A DNA stretch of 59,117 nucleotides, the filler included, from Sphacelaria rigidula (taxonomy: Eukaryota), in assembly GCA_964200075.2 (NCBI GenBank). It is 9 parts of 9 records of this genome, joined end to end, with 100 filler letters (N's around TTAATTAATTAA, not from the genome) between each part and the next. Parts side by side here need not be neighbours in the genome. Positions count along the whole stretch, not along the records: positions 1 to 6,480 come from CAXNAA020019830.1; positions 6,581 to 13,060 come from CAXNAA020019831.1; 7 more parts are not named here. The stretch is one strand, 5' to 3'. This document shows, in pieces, positions 1 through 12,540 of the stretch. A program made the position numbers and the translations under genes. The notes under the pieces were generated by a model, which saw nothing but the letters and a program-made list of their open reading frames with translations, made no database searches and was not told the origin of the DNA. Position 1 is the stretch's first letter, and each line of letters starts with the position of its first letter.

Positions 1-671
1 TAGAGCTCAATGGCTTCGATACTAATGATTGTGTTTGAGCCGCTAGCCTGGTGCCCTCTGAACTGGCACCATTCCCAGCTAGAGTATCGAGCCATGACAT
101 GGTGTCCATCCGTGCTTGCGTAGAGTCAACTCCGGCATGACCCCCAAAGGCGTAGCATGCGCCTCCGTAATTTGTTTTTGTTGGGAGGTTTGAGATTTCA
201 TCTTATCGTGTCACTAGACTTATATATAGTAAATAGTGTGCGTTGCACACGTGGGACAAAATTCACACAGCAACAGACGCTCTTCTTTTCACGAGTACGA
301 AATAACACAACCGCGCTGCTTCACAGCTGCGTGCACTCATTGTTTTCAATAGCAAAATCAACTGCACCAGGATATACTTGTACTACAATTACGCGGAACA
401 GTAAAGAGTAAGCATGGACTAGGTAGGATTTGTCGTCCTGTCTGTTCGTGGTATTGCCTTGTTGCCCGCCGCATTTGCACTGCGTTACATACAACCCAAC
501 CAGAGTGCCACCAACGGCTTTATGCACGAGTTCATCAAGGATGGCTCATCAGCACGCCACGGCAGACGTCCAAAGCAAAAGTGAGATGACCTAGCCAAAA
601 CAATTGACAAAAGGCATAAAGGTCGAACGAGACTGCACGAGTCAACAAACCAGAGGGCCTACAACTACGTC

Positions 672-1863
672 GGGGTGTTTCGGGACATCAAGTTCCAGAC
701 AGCTCCGGAAGCTGTACAGCCGCGTTGTTATCCGTTGTTGTGGCTGTTCGTTGTTGGTTTGCTGTGGTTTGTTGTTGTCCTTTGTTTTTGTTTTTGTGCT
801 GCTGCTACCGTCTGTGGTTGTTCGTTGTTTGGTTGCTGCGGTTCGTTGTTGTCCTTTGCTTTTGTTATTGTGCTGCTGCTACCGTCTTTCGCTCTTGTTA
901 TCGGCCGTTGTTATTGTTGGTGGCGTTGCTTCTGCCTGTTATCGTCTGCTGTTGTCACGGCCGCTGCGGTCGCTGCTGCTTTGCTGTGTTGCTGTCGCTT
1001 TTGGCGATACTAAAAAATTTCATGTTGCTGCGGCTGTTACCCTACTGTGTGGTTACTATTCCACCTAAAGAACAATGCAATTTTGTTCTGCTGCTCGGCG
1101 GCTACTGTCCCGATTTTGTTTTGCTGCTCTGCGGTTACTGTCCCGCCTGAGGCGTTGCGATTTTTGACTTCACCGCCCATGGGTAGTTGTACCCTGCTGG
1201 CTATCGCACTGCCTGTTTAGCCCTCATGTGCGCGTAATGCCTCTTACACCAGCATGTAAAGTCACGAGTAGTTTCCCCACTCGCGTAGTTTCCCACTCTG
1301 CTGCTTGTACGGTGCCCCACTATGACCACATGAGCTTTTTACCGATAAACGATTGTCATCACCATTTGTGCCTAAATTGTTACACCGAGGTCCCCACGCA
1401 TCTGTTCCCCTGCAATGCACTTCTTCGTGGTGATGAGACATTGTTTGCTGTTGTGGCCTACCCGCACAGTATAGTGGCTTTCTCTGCATCGCGTCACCAT
1501 CATCCCGTTTGGTCGGGATCACACATGTTACTAATTGTGTGTACGGGTTGGCCGGGAATTTAGACTGCATCGCGTCACCATCATCCCGTTTGGTCGGGAT
1601 CACACATGTTACTAATTGTGTGTACGGGTTGGTCGGTAATTTGAAATTTCGTTTTGAAGCCGCTGCTGCCCGTACTGTTCATTACTGCGATTGCTTGGAT
1701 TGACGACAACCCTATGATAACCAATCTTTGAGGACCGATCCTTCTCGACAACAATCACATCGGGGCGTTTCGGGACATCAGGCTCCAGACAGCTGCGGAA
1801 GCTGTGCAGCCGTGCTGTTGCTGTTGCTGTTGCTGTCTGCTGCTGCTGCTTCTGCTGCTGTTA

Positions 1864-1924
<61 letters not shown>

Positions 1925-1961
1925 GCTGCTGCTGCTGCTATGGTGTTGCTGTTACTGCTAC

Positions 1962-2039
<78 letters not shown>

Positions 2040-2240
2040 ATGTTGTTGCTGCTGCTGTTGTATGTTGTTGTTGCTGTTGTCGTTGTTGTTGTATGTTGTT
2101 GCTGCTGCTGTTGTTGCTGCTGTTGTATGTTGCCGCTGCTGCTGTTGTTGTCTTCTGTTTTCTGTTGCTGTTGCCTATTACGACTGTTGCTGTTGCTGTT
2201 GTTGTTGTTGTATGTCGTTGTTGTTGCTGCTGCTGCTGTT
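672..2240. repeat. Degenerate (TGT/TGC)n trinucleotide microsatellite blocks, each preceded by a copy of a ~55-bp header
   Basis: Long (TGT)n/(TGC)n runs at ~725-1000 and ~1815-2240. Header GGGG(T/C)GTTTCGGGACATCA(A/G)G(T/C)TCCAGACAGCT(C/G)CGGAAGCTGT(A/G)CAGCCG at ~672 and ~1762. Confidence 0.85.
1485..1637. repeat. Direct tandem duplication, 82-bp period (2 copies)
   Basis: TGCATCGCGTCACCATCATCCCGTTTGGTCGGGATCACACATGTTACTAATTGTGTGTACGGGTTGG occurs at ~1485 and ~1567. Confidence 0.9.
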
Positions 2241-3105
2241 TCCACCGTGCTTCCTGCTACCCTGGTTGGCTGTCTTTGTCCCGCCTGTGTTGTTTTTGCC
2301 TCTACCGCCTACTGTCGGCTGTACTTTTCTCGCTTACTATCACATCGTGTTGTCATGTGCACGTGCATTTTCCGCCCTCATGTTCTTCATAACCTTGCTT
2401 CGATCTGATCGCACAGTTTTTATTTTGTCATTGTTGCGTGCATTGTATTACCTTCGCCTGATCTACACCTGGTCAGCCACAACATCATCGCTGTACCTTA
2501 CCAGCAGTGATCGTGTTCTAGACATTCTCTATTTTATCCCGGTAGTTTTATTGTAGAACAACCCACCATGATCAGTATGTACTTTGTTTCTGGGGTTGCA
2601 TTTTTATTGTGGCCGTGAGGATTTGTGGAATGCGCATGCAGTAAAGCTTCCATTTTTTTTTCGATCTTGTTTGCTTCTCTTTCATTTTACATACTCACAT
2701 TGTCTGCATCTCCGGTCGTGTGTCTACCACAACTGTCTTTTGAACTCCTCGATAGTATTTTGAGTGCTGGATAATTTTGCGCTGCCTGTACTCATCATGC
2801 TTGAGCAGGATTCCGCTGGTAATCGTTTCATCTATCTGGTTCGCAAGGCCGAAACGCCGAATTTACCGCCCGGCACACGACATTTCGATCTGCGTCACGT
2901 GGTATAAAACCGAATCATATTTTCATGTACCCCAAGACTTCCAACGTATACTAACCACGCCCTCTATTACTTCCGCCCCTGTTTCACCCACACTCTTGTC
3001 CTGGGTGTTCGCATCCCGCTGAGGGAACCGGCGCTAAACGTCATTGCGTTGGGGAGGACACGCAGGAAACACTGAACGGTTTGCCAATGACGGTATGTTC
3101 CCGCG

Positions 3106-3204
3106 TGGAGTGTCTGCAATTTGGTTTGGTTTAGCTAATACCGGGTACCTTTTTATGGAGTGTCCGCAATTTGGTTTGGTTTAGCTAATCCCGGGTACCT
3201 TTTC
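3106..3204. repeat. Direct tandem duplication, ~50-bp period (2 copies)
   Basis: TGGAGTGTC(T/C)GCAATTTGGTTTGGTTTAGCTAAT(A/C)CCGGGTACCTTTT is repeated twice. Confidence 0.9.
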
Positions 3205-5059
3205 ATTGCATTCTGGTAGCTGGGTCATTACCTTGGTACCACCAAGTAGGATCCCCATTTTATCCCATACTGGTAATCGATTGTATGGTTTGCTATTCAC
3301 CTGGTTGACCTCTTGACGCATCCTGTACCGTAGTTGGATACTACCTTGATCCTTCGTGGTACCGTAGTTGGATAATGCATTGTTCAGTTGCTTCGAACTT
3401 GGTTTTCGATATCATACTGCCACTACTTCCCGTGGATTGCCTTGTCATTACTTATTCAGTACGCAGACGTACGTAGTTTCCCTATTTTGCCTTTTTGCCC
3501 TTTATGCCCAGCCTACCATGCAAGTTGACTGCGCGACTATATATATATATATATATATCTTGACGGTCCTTACAGGCCCTACATAATATAGTTTCATGTC
3601 GCTGACATGGTCGCTGGACCCCTTTGGGGGGGGAAAGCACGAGTTCCATATTTTTTGCGGATTGTTGTCTCGCGTGCACACCCTTTGCCACAAAACAACG
3701 CGGTTTCCCACCATGAGAACGCTGTATGATCAGAAAAGAAATGCACAAGCTTCTTGACCGAGGTGTTGCTCACCCAACGTTCCCCGGCAAAGTTTGTCGA
3801 CTACACGATTTTGCGTTCAGTAAAATTCGCCAAGTTCGCCAAATATATCTTTACTGCAGGGTCTCACAGGTTCCTTAGCCTGTTGATCGATAATACCGGC
3901 ATACAACCAGCCCCCTCCAAATGCAACGCAATTACTCAGACGCCACGTCCATACAATCGAAAAACTACGTTCGTTTCTAAAACCACCAGGTACCTTGGAC
4001 AGTTTGTCCAGGAGCGTAGCATTCTAGTCGCCCTGCTGACCGATATTCTAAATAAGTAGGAAAGCCAACAGTATTGCTGCACGATGTAGGTAAACGCGCG
4101 CTCTCCTTATGCTGTCAAACTCTTGTGCCGTATAACTGCAGCAAGACTTCACCACCACAATCCGGTCGTCTCATGGTGGCTCAGCTAGGATATGGCATAC
4201 GAACTAGACTCTCGCACAATGAGCATCAATGTACAACTCATGCGTGTGAGGGCATGTTTCTTGTCATTTCTGTGCTTTGTCTCGGTATATTTAGTACAAC
4301 GTACCTCATTCTTATATTTTTACTCAGCATGCCTTGCCTATTTTATTTTCGCCATTATTATGTCTACAGTTTCACAGGATTCGAGAACCGAGGGGGACGG
4401 CTGCTGAAGAGGTTACATAATTGTACAAATCTTGGCCCCAGAGATAGTACGTTTCACGCACACTCTTGCGCAATCGTACCCTACCCGACGACCTGACGCC
4501 ATGCTATCGTCTGACACATTCCCCTTCGAGCTCTGGACTGGCCGTAAACATTAAACACGTACCACCGCTGTCTCAATAGCAAGAAGTTCCTTCCATATCC
4601 GCCCACCCTATCCGAAATACCTCATACCCGAAGTGTTTGCGTCTCACTATGAGGGTGACCAAACTGGAACGTCACACCCACATTCCACCTGACCCCTGAA
4701 TTTGTGTCGTGTTGGATTGCATTGCCTGTATCTCCCACCATGTTGGATTGTCGAGAACTCTACGTTTTTTCAGGCACTGACGGGTGGGGAAAAGGGAAAT
4801 ACTTCAAAAGGGGGGGGGGGCGTACCTATTTGTTTCGAGCATCCAAGTAATTCCCTTAGCTGCTGTAAGCTGCACTGTTCCCCAACTCCTTCACCAACTT
4901 CACTTTATCCAAGTAGTTCCTAAGCTGTTGCACTCCGTACTGTTTTCATCTTCACTATTTTTATTGCATCCAAGTATTCTTTCTTTGCTGCCATTTGCAC
5001 CGTTTCCGCATCAAAGTATTCTCTTAGCTGCGGCCAGCTGCACTGTTTCCAGTTGTTTC

Positions 5060-5400
5060 ATCATTTTCGCCCCTTGCTTTGCCATGTTTCACGCTTGTAT
5101 CAGGTCATCAAAGAATATCTCGGTTAGAGAAGGTGATAACGTACATCCTGGTGCGACTCCTTCAAAAATATCACAATATTTCGACATTTCCCTGTCTACC
5201 ACCGTCACACTTTTGGCGCATTTCTTTCGTCTTAATCGTCCACACCTTTCCCTTGATCACAGTTCCTCATATATTTTCCCACAACCCATTGCTCCATACT
5301 GTGTCATGAGCCTTTTACACCTGTATCACGCCACAGTTTCTTCGACCCCGCCATCGCACGCGAAGCACCCCGCTTCCCCACGTAGTGATGCCTTAAAGCT
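5060..5400 (-). mobile_element. Degenerate non-LTR retrotransposon reverse-transcriptase fragment
   Basis: The minus strand reads EMSKYCDIFEGVAPGCTLSPSLTEIFFDDLIQA*NMAKQGAK. This matches the LINE RT GVxQGCxLSP motif and the copy at ~57290-57420 (SKCFDTLQGAAQRCTLSPTLF...NDLILAIEAAKQGVK). Boundaries approximate. Confidence 0.75.
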
Positions 5401-6480
5401 TTCGCCACAGGTGCTACCTCCTGGAAAGGCTACATCAGTGCTGAGTTGAAGCACCACGTGTATGATTATGGGAAGATGGAGATTGGAAACAGCCATCTCG
5501 CTTGGAAGTTTAGCGCCCCAAGTTGAAACGGAGCAGCCAAAGAATAGACTGCAGCCATGGACGTGTACGAATGGCTGTTGTGTGATGGGGTACACGATAT
5601 CATTGCGAGAGGAATACCGTAGTAAAATGAGGGAATATGTAACTATATATTGCTGCTACCGTACGCTTCAGTCATGAATTTCGAGTGTTCCTTGTCTTTT
5701 TCTTGTGCTGCTTTGTCATCGATTGCTTCCCATTTGGTGATATACGGGCACATGTGTGAGCCAAGATGCGTAGGCTCTATTTCCAGTAGAATAGGTATCG
5801 GTAGTTACAGAAGAGCACCCCTCGAAAGCTGCACTCCTGCAACTATTGATCAGTTCGCGGAAAGGTTGTTTTTAGCGAGGTTTAAGCCCCGCACTACCCT
5901 AAAATCCAGTCTAACTGATCCAGGGTGTCGACGCGCAATCACGCTAACTAGCCGATCGTTCTCCAGTCTAAGTGAGATCCCGGGAAAACGACAGCGACCG
6001 TACTTGTCTGCTGTTTCTGTCGTTGGAAAGGGCGTTAAAGATTTCTTTCCTTTCCTAACGGATGGAGTTTTCCCCTGCTTATCAGGGATTACCCATTCAT
6101 TAGATCTGCAACGAGTTTTCCCCTGTACTGTAATTCAGCAGGTTTTTCTCGTTTTACTTTCAGGCGTATGGTGCACAGGCTTCGTTTTTGTTCTGGCCCT
6201 TCCAGCCCTCCAATAAATTTGTGTGTAGCCATATAAATATGGCTAGGGGGATCTTACAGATTTATTGGTCATGTTCCAGTCGACTGGGTTCCATTTGTCA
6301 TACTTTGTCATGCTTGGTACCTGATGGGTCATACCACATTGTTCGATTGAATCGACTGGGCGGCCCCCTTTGGATCACAGCATTCTGGACTATGCATCTC
6401 AACTAGCAAAGCACAAGTTAGCCTGTGCGCCAATAATACAAGAGCATCTACGCCATCAGGGACTGCTATCTCAGAGGATT

Positions 6481-6580
6481 NNNNNNNNNNNNNNNNNNNN
6501 NNNNNNNNNNNNNNNNNNNNNNNNTTAATTAATTAANNNNNNNNNNNNNNNNNNNNNNNNNNNNNNNNNNNNNNNNNNNN
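6481..6580. other. Artificial contig linker (N44-TTAATTAATTAA-N44); identical linkers at 13061-13160, 19641-19740, 26221-26320, 32801-32900, 39381-39480, 45960-46059, 52539-52638
   Basis: Eight identical 100-nt spacers carry a six-frame stop motif. The intervening segments are 6480 bp (x6) then 6479 bp (x3), as expected for size-sorted unrelated contigs. Confidence 0.98.
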
Positions 6581-8249
6581 GTTCGCTCTGTGTTACTCTT
6601 TCGTATCTTCCCTGCAACGGAGAAATGGGACGTCAACCTCATTTAATGTGTCAACCCCAAAAATTAGGATCGGCTATTATATCATGAGTCACCTCTTCCG
6701 CTACTGTACTATTTATATTTACGGCCCTTTCTATGAAAGTGGAAAGTTTCAAGGACCCGGACGGGTGTAATTTGATGATTATCTCGTCGTGACAGTCGAG
6801 CCATAGTACCCTCCGTAGATCAAATGAAAGCTATAAGCGAGAGCTGTCGAATCAGCCCTGCGCCAAAAGCAAAAAAAAACAATCCTGTACCGGCATGCTC
6901 GTATAGAAGAACCATTTGACAAGCATTCGGCTGATATCAGCGGTGGGGTAGACACAGTTTACACGAGCGACGGGCCCGACACAAGGAAGCATCGGCCCGG
7001 CGCGTGGCGTTGGTGGCAAGTTTTTTTCAAGGCGGGATCGTCGGTGTATATTTCTGGCTGAAATAGTGGTGATTCCCCGCGTGGGGTGGTCTGAATAGTG
7101 GTGCTCTTCATTGATGCATATCGTGCACAATGTAACGACGATAGGTAGCGATCACGCTCAGGGCACCAGGCCAAAAGGACACGTTTCGTCTTGTGCATGA
7201 TGTATGCAATCCACATGAAAAACAAATAGGTAATTTACTTCAACGAGCAAGTAACACGACACACTTTTGTGCATGCATGCCTTGTACAGCCAATTGCGCC
7301 GCCTTCAACACTGAAACCTTCACAAGAATTAAAGTATGAAAATGTGTGATGTGCTGCACCCCTTTTTATGATGTGTGACTACTGTACAAAGCTACTGTTG
7401 TATGTACCGTGCTCGGCAGTGCAATCGTGTACAGCATTCTGTCGCCTGCAGCTCAATATGGCGTGCACTAGGAATACAACACTAGATGCCCTGTTGATGC
7501 CGACATGATTGAAGGCATATTGGTTGGCGGGGCGATGTGGCGAAGCCAAACCCACAGTGCTGGCAAGTACGGTTGTGCGCTTGTCCCCGCATCTCTCCGG
7601 TGCTGCCGCAGGGGCGCAGCGGTTACACCAGGATGGATTCGTACGAGGATTGTGCGGCGTAGCTGCAGCTGGTGTATATTTCGACCGTTGACCGGTGCCA
7701 TTTTCGAATTTTGCACTGCATTTTTGATTGTCAAGTTCTTGATCGCCGCTGCAAGCACTAACGTGAAACTTGGTGCACCAGTCGGGCATACCGCAGCCAG
7801 TGTATGTACCGGAGCACAGCCGCTTTCCTTCCCAGAGCAAGTTAAACGAAGCGAATTCCAGTTTTGGGCAATACCGTCTGTATGCCCTCAAAACGATTAT
7901 CTGGCGGCCGGGATGCTGTGTACCGTGAGTGAATGCACATGCGGACGTGGTGGCGCACTCACTTCCGCATCGTGACCACCTGGGAGGCTGAAGTGCTCGC
8001 AAACAAACATGGATCATTTCTGCCGCCGCCTGTGGATGATGACAATCTAAAAAACTAATTCCGGTATGAGCAATGGCCTAGAAAAGGTATACATTTTCGT
8101 GTTATGCCCAAGAAAGGTACGAAGAATGGCCAGAAACGCGAAAACAGCCAAACACGCCATTTTGACCGTTTTCGCTACGAATTTTTCAAGCACATCATTT
8201 GGGAGGGCCATTGGCACCCCGGTCTCGAAAAACCGGGAAGAAAACATGT

Positions 8250-10780
8250 TGTCATGAAGGTAGGAGGCGTCTAACATCAAATCTGGGATTCTATACCTGC
8301 GGGTCTGCTTGAGCTTGACTGGGCCGCATGTGAGACTGAAAAAAAAGTACAGACATGGATCCTTCAGCCCTCTTGCGGTACTCGCTTGGGTGGAGCTGAC
8401 TGTTGGGCGATTGCCACAGCCAGAGAGCATCGAAAGGAGCGATAACGAATACGAGTGAACGAGAGTCTTTCGTATCAAGTGGGTATAGCGTACTGCGTGG
8501 AACTATTGTGGTGTTGGCTTATTTGGACACGTCTATAAACCGATCCTTGTGAAGACAGAGCTGCCCGTGTTGGGCTTGGAAGTATCTGACCTCTGACCCG
8601 ACCGGCTTGCACCAAGAGGGTGCATCGCGCCTAACACTATAACAATTGGCGTTCGACTTGGTGTATCTGCTTGCTAGTTTGTTTTTCCCTTCCAGAGTAG
8701 AGCAGTTGTTTGCTTATCTACTGTCTGTTCTGCCCTCTAGGGGCTGTTCCCCCCCTTTTGATGTAGCTTTGTCTTGCATTTTGTTTCGTGAGTCATTTGC
8801 TTTCCATTCGCTTGATTGATTTTTACAGTAGCCGACGGTACCATACACGTGCACCCACAGTTGCCCCTACGGAGCGTTATCTGCTGTCCCTTCGATGGCC
8901 ACCAAGGCTTGGATCAGGATCAGATATCCTACCATGACCTGGCGCGTGCACGTCAGCGCAAAGCTTTCACTCTCTTGCGTGCACAACACGCTATCAACGC
9001 CTCGCACGTTGAGAGATCTAACAATGCTCTCTACAATCTGATGCACAAAACGACCTACCTGGAAGGTTGGCGATTGGATCTGGGTTTACAACAGTTTGTC
9101 AACCATTCGTCAAGGCGCTGACAGAGCTGCCAACGAGACATTCTTGAAGACTGAGCTATCCCTCAACTGGACACCACCATTCAAGATTCTGACCGTAGGG
9201 CCCTCGCCATCTTCAACTGATGGTAAACCTGTCGGTGACAAACTTCTTTATCTCGGCCTTCCTCGCGACCTTCGAGGACATGACGCCAAATCTCGCGTCT
9301 CTGTACACCGTTGTAAGCCTTGCATCAACCCGCATGACACTAGGACATGCCCAAATATCTGCCTGCCGGTCTTACCCAGTACGTACTCAACAGCTATTTG
9401 ACTAAATCACCGCCTTATCACGTTACTACCGACGATGTGACGGAACAACCCCTTCGTCTCGCCGTGTCCCACATTTCTGGTCACCAGATCACTCGCGGTC
9501 GAGGCGGTAAGATTGCTGTCATGTACAAACTCACTGGCAAGGCCTTCGGAGAGCGTCTTGGGAACGCGAATCCGACCTTCAGTTGCACCGCCGAGCTGTT
9601 CTCCTGTACTGGACACAACCTCAGCAGCAACATCTTGCTAACAAGAAATATCGCAACCTGCGCCGCGGCGCAGCAGCACGCGAACTTCACCGTGACAAAG
9701 GTTTGCGCTTTGTCGCCGATGGCTATGAGTTGGTAGCCACCCAGCATTGAAAAGAAAAGATCCGCGCAAAACAGGAAATCCTCCCCAAAGGCACCTACCT
9801 CTGGTACAAAGGCAGCGACAACCTCTGGTGGCTAGGCCAGACCCACTCCACAGACCCCATCGCGCCTGACACCTACATCGTGTGCTTCATCGACGACCCC
9901 GGACCCGTGCAGCTCAAGCTCCGCCCAGAGCTCTTTACCACCAGTCCATCCGCACCACGAAGGTCTTGGTGTCTTTAGCGACTCAAATCCAAAGGCCTCC
10001 GCCGCGGAATCCAACATAATATCGACCGCACACATGATGTTAACGCACCGCTTTAAGCTCCCACAGACCTTCTGCATTCCGATCCCGACATTTTTTGTTT
10101 TCCCTTTCTCTCTTATTTTCTTCCCGTGTCGTTCAGATATTTCCCCCTGTTTACAACATCCAGGAAACACCGGTGCCACCCATCTACTTCTTCCACAGCC
10201 TACAACCGGAGCTCCTCCGGCGCACAACCACGGACGACGAATGGATCTTGCGTGGAGCACGTTCATCCTCGACTACTGGAGCTTTTCGTATTCTCGCTTT
10301 TGGCTTTTTTTTATATGACTGGCACTAGACCCCTTGCAGTCTTGGAGTTGCTTATCCCCTTGCTTCCTCAGCCACCATGCGCTCGCCGCATATGATTGAC
10401 TTTTCGGCGGTTGACTTTGGTACCACCCACGTAGACGTTGTGCCCCTGGTGTGTTTTCTCTTTTGCCTCTTTATTTTTGGCTAGCACGTCGGAGCGTTTT
10501 GTGTTCGTCTGTTTAGTTCGCTAGCCCGCAGCAGCATTGTGTGCTCCTGCGTCTTCAAGCGCACTTGGGCTTTTCGGTAGCAGATTTCGCTTACCTTGTG
10601 TGAGGTGTGGGAGGATCGGGCAACGGAGTGGATGTTGCCCTCGTCGTCTGGGGTGTACCTTCGTCTTTTTTAGCCGCTTCGGCCGAGTGCTTTCATAGCA
10701 TTGAGTTCGCCTTCCTTGTCGCTCATGACTTGACGTGGAGAAAAACCTCGCTTTTCGCTGCTTTTCGAGATGGGCGAGTG
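8250..10780 (+). mobile_element. Ty3/Gypsy LTR-retrotransposon remnant (integrase C-terminal region with GPY/F-like, chromodomain-like and Tudor/PWWP-like segments), copy 1
   Basis: Frameshifted peptides: KTELSLNWTPPFKILTVGP...SRVSVHRCKPC (GPY/F region); LAVSHISGHQITRGRGGKIAVMYK/HWQGLRRASWERESDL (chromodomain-like); LPKGTYLWYKGSDNLWWLGQ...YIVCFIDDPGP. No RT or RNase H visible. Confidence 0.75.
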
Positions 10781-12248
10781 TCATGAAGCTAGGAGGCGTC
10801 TAAGATCAAATCTGGGGTTCTATACTTGTGGGTCTGCTTGAGCTTGACTGGGCCGCATGTGAGACTGATAAAAAGGTACAGGCATGGATCCTTCAGCCCT
10901 CTTGCGGTACTCGCTTGGGTGGAGCTTACTGTTGGGTGATTGCTACAGCCAGAGAGCAGCTGAGAGAGCATCGAAAGGAGCGATAACGAATACGAGTGAA
11001 CGAGAGTCTTTCGTATCAAGTGGGTATAGCTTACTGCGTGGAACTATTGTGGTGTTGGCTTATTTGGACACGTCTATAAACCGATCCTTGTGAAGACAGA
11101 GCTGCCCGTGTTGGGCTTGGAAGTATCTGACCTCTGACCCGACCGGCTTGCACCAAGAGGGTGCATCCCGCCTAACACTATAACAATTGGCGTTCGACTT
11201 GGTGTATCTGCTTGCTAGTTTGTTTTTCCCTTCCAGAGTAGAGCAGTTGTTTGCTTATCTACTGTCTGTTCTGCCCTCTAGGGGCTGTTCCCCCCCTTTT
11301 GATGTAGCTTTGTCTTGCATTTTGTTTCGTGAGTCATTTGCTTTCCATTCGCTTGATTGATTTTTACAGTAGCCGACGGTACCATACACGTGCACCCACA
11401 GTTGCCCCTACGGAGCGTTATCTGCTGTCCCTTCGATGGCCACCAAGGCTTGGATCAGGATCAGATATCCTACCATGACCTGGCGCGTGCACGTCAGCGC
11501 AAAGCTTTCACTCTCTTGCGTGCACAACACGCTATCAACGCCTCGCACGTTGAGAGATCTAACAATGCTCTCTACAATCTGATGCACAAAACGACCTACC
11601 TGGAAGGTTGGCGATTGGATCTGGGTTTACAACAGTTTGTCAACCATTCGTCAAGGCGCTGACAGAGCTGCCAACGAGACATTCTTGAAGACTGAGCTAT
11701 CCCTCAACTGGACACCACCATTCAAGATTCTGACCGTAGGGCCCTCGCCATCTTCAACTGATGGTAAACCTGTCGGTGACAAACTTCTTTATCTCGGCCT
11801 TCCTCGCGACCTTCGAGGACATGACGCCAAATCTCGCGTCTCTGTACACCGTTGTAAGCCTTGCATCAACCCGCATGACACTAGGACATGCCCAAATATC
11901 TGCCTGCCGGTCTTACGCAGTACGTACTTAACAGCTATTCGACCAAATCACCGCCTTATCACGTTACTACCGACGATGTGACGGAACAACCCCTTCGTCT
12001 CGCCGTGTCCCACATTTCTGGTCACCAGATCACTCGCGGTCGAGGCGGTAAGATTGCTGTCATGTACAAACCTCACTGGTAAGGCCTTCGGGAGCGTCTT
12101 GGGAACGTGAATCCGACCTTCACCTGCATCGTCGAGCTATTCTCCTGTACTGGACACAACCTCAGCAGCAACATCTTGCTAAAAACAAGAAATATCGCAA
12201 CATGCGCCGCGGCGCAGCAGCACGCGAACTTCACTGTGACAAAGGTTC
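10781..12248 (+). mobile_element. Second, truncated tandem copy of the same Gypsy remnant (period ~2540 bp)
   Basis: Near-identical to 8250-9700. ORFs 8816..9121 and 11357..11662 encode identical peptides, offset 2541 bp. Confidence 0.9.
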
Positions 12249-12347
12249 ACGGTTAGGACAAATCAATTCGTGAGTCAACTCAAAGTCATCATCTCAATGA
12301 CTACATCATATGGTTCGTAGATCAGTTGTAATTCAAGCAATCAACCC

Positions 12348-12540
12348 TTCTTCGTTACTCAAGGCGTGACGTAACTCACACAGTCAAGCATTCTTCATGA
12401 CTCAAGGCATGTTGTATTTCACACAGTCAACCATTCTTCGTTACTCAAGGCGTGACGTAACTCACACAGTCAAACATTCTTCATGACTCAAGGCATGTTG
12501 TATTTCACACAATTAACCATTCTTCATGACTCAAGGCGTG
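12348..12540. repeat. 43-bp minisatellite with alternating A/B monomers (86-bp higher-order unit)
   Basis: Units start at 12348, 12391, 12434, 12477 and 12520. A = TTCTTCGTTACTCAAGGCGTGACGTAACTCACACAGTCAA.CA; B = TTCTTCATGACTCAAGGCATGTTGTATTTCACACA.T.AACCA. Confidence 0.9.

Noticed and set aside
604..2556. Long poly-Leu/Cys/Val/Gln ORFs in several frames
   Set aside because: They are by-products of stop-free (TGT/TGC)n microsatellites.
5500..6420. Long semi-open minus-strand reading frame next to the RT fragment
   Set aside because: It has several stops and no recognisable endonuclease or other motif.
6525..6536. TTAATTAATTAA motif recurring every ~6.58 kb
   Set aside because: It is a synthetic six-frame stop linker inside N runs, not a biological periodic signal.
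6850..8250. Possible decayed hAT transposase on the minus strand (ADISRMLVKWFFYTSMP; loose BED-finger-like Cys pattern)
   Set aside because: The resemblance is too weak to support without a profile search; no TIR/TSD pair identified.
12348..12540. Possible CRISPR array
   Set aside because: Units are contiguous with no unique spacers, there are no cas genes, and the context is eukaryotic.
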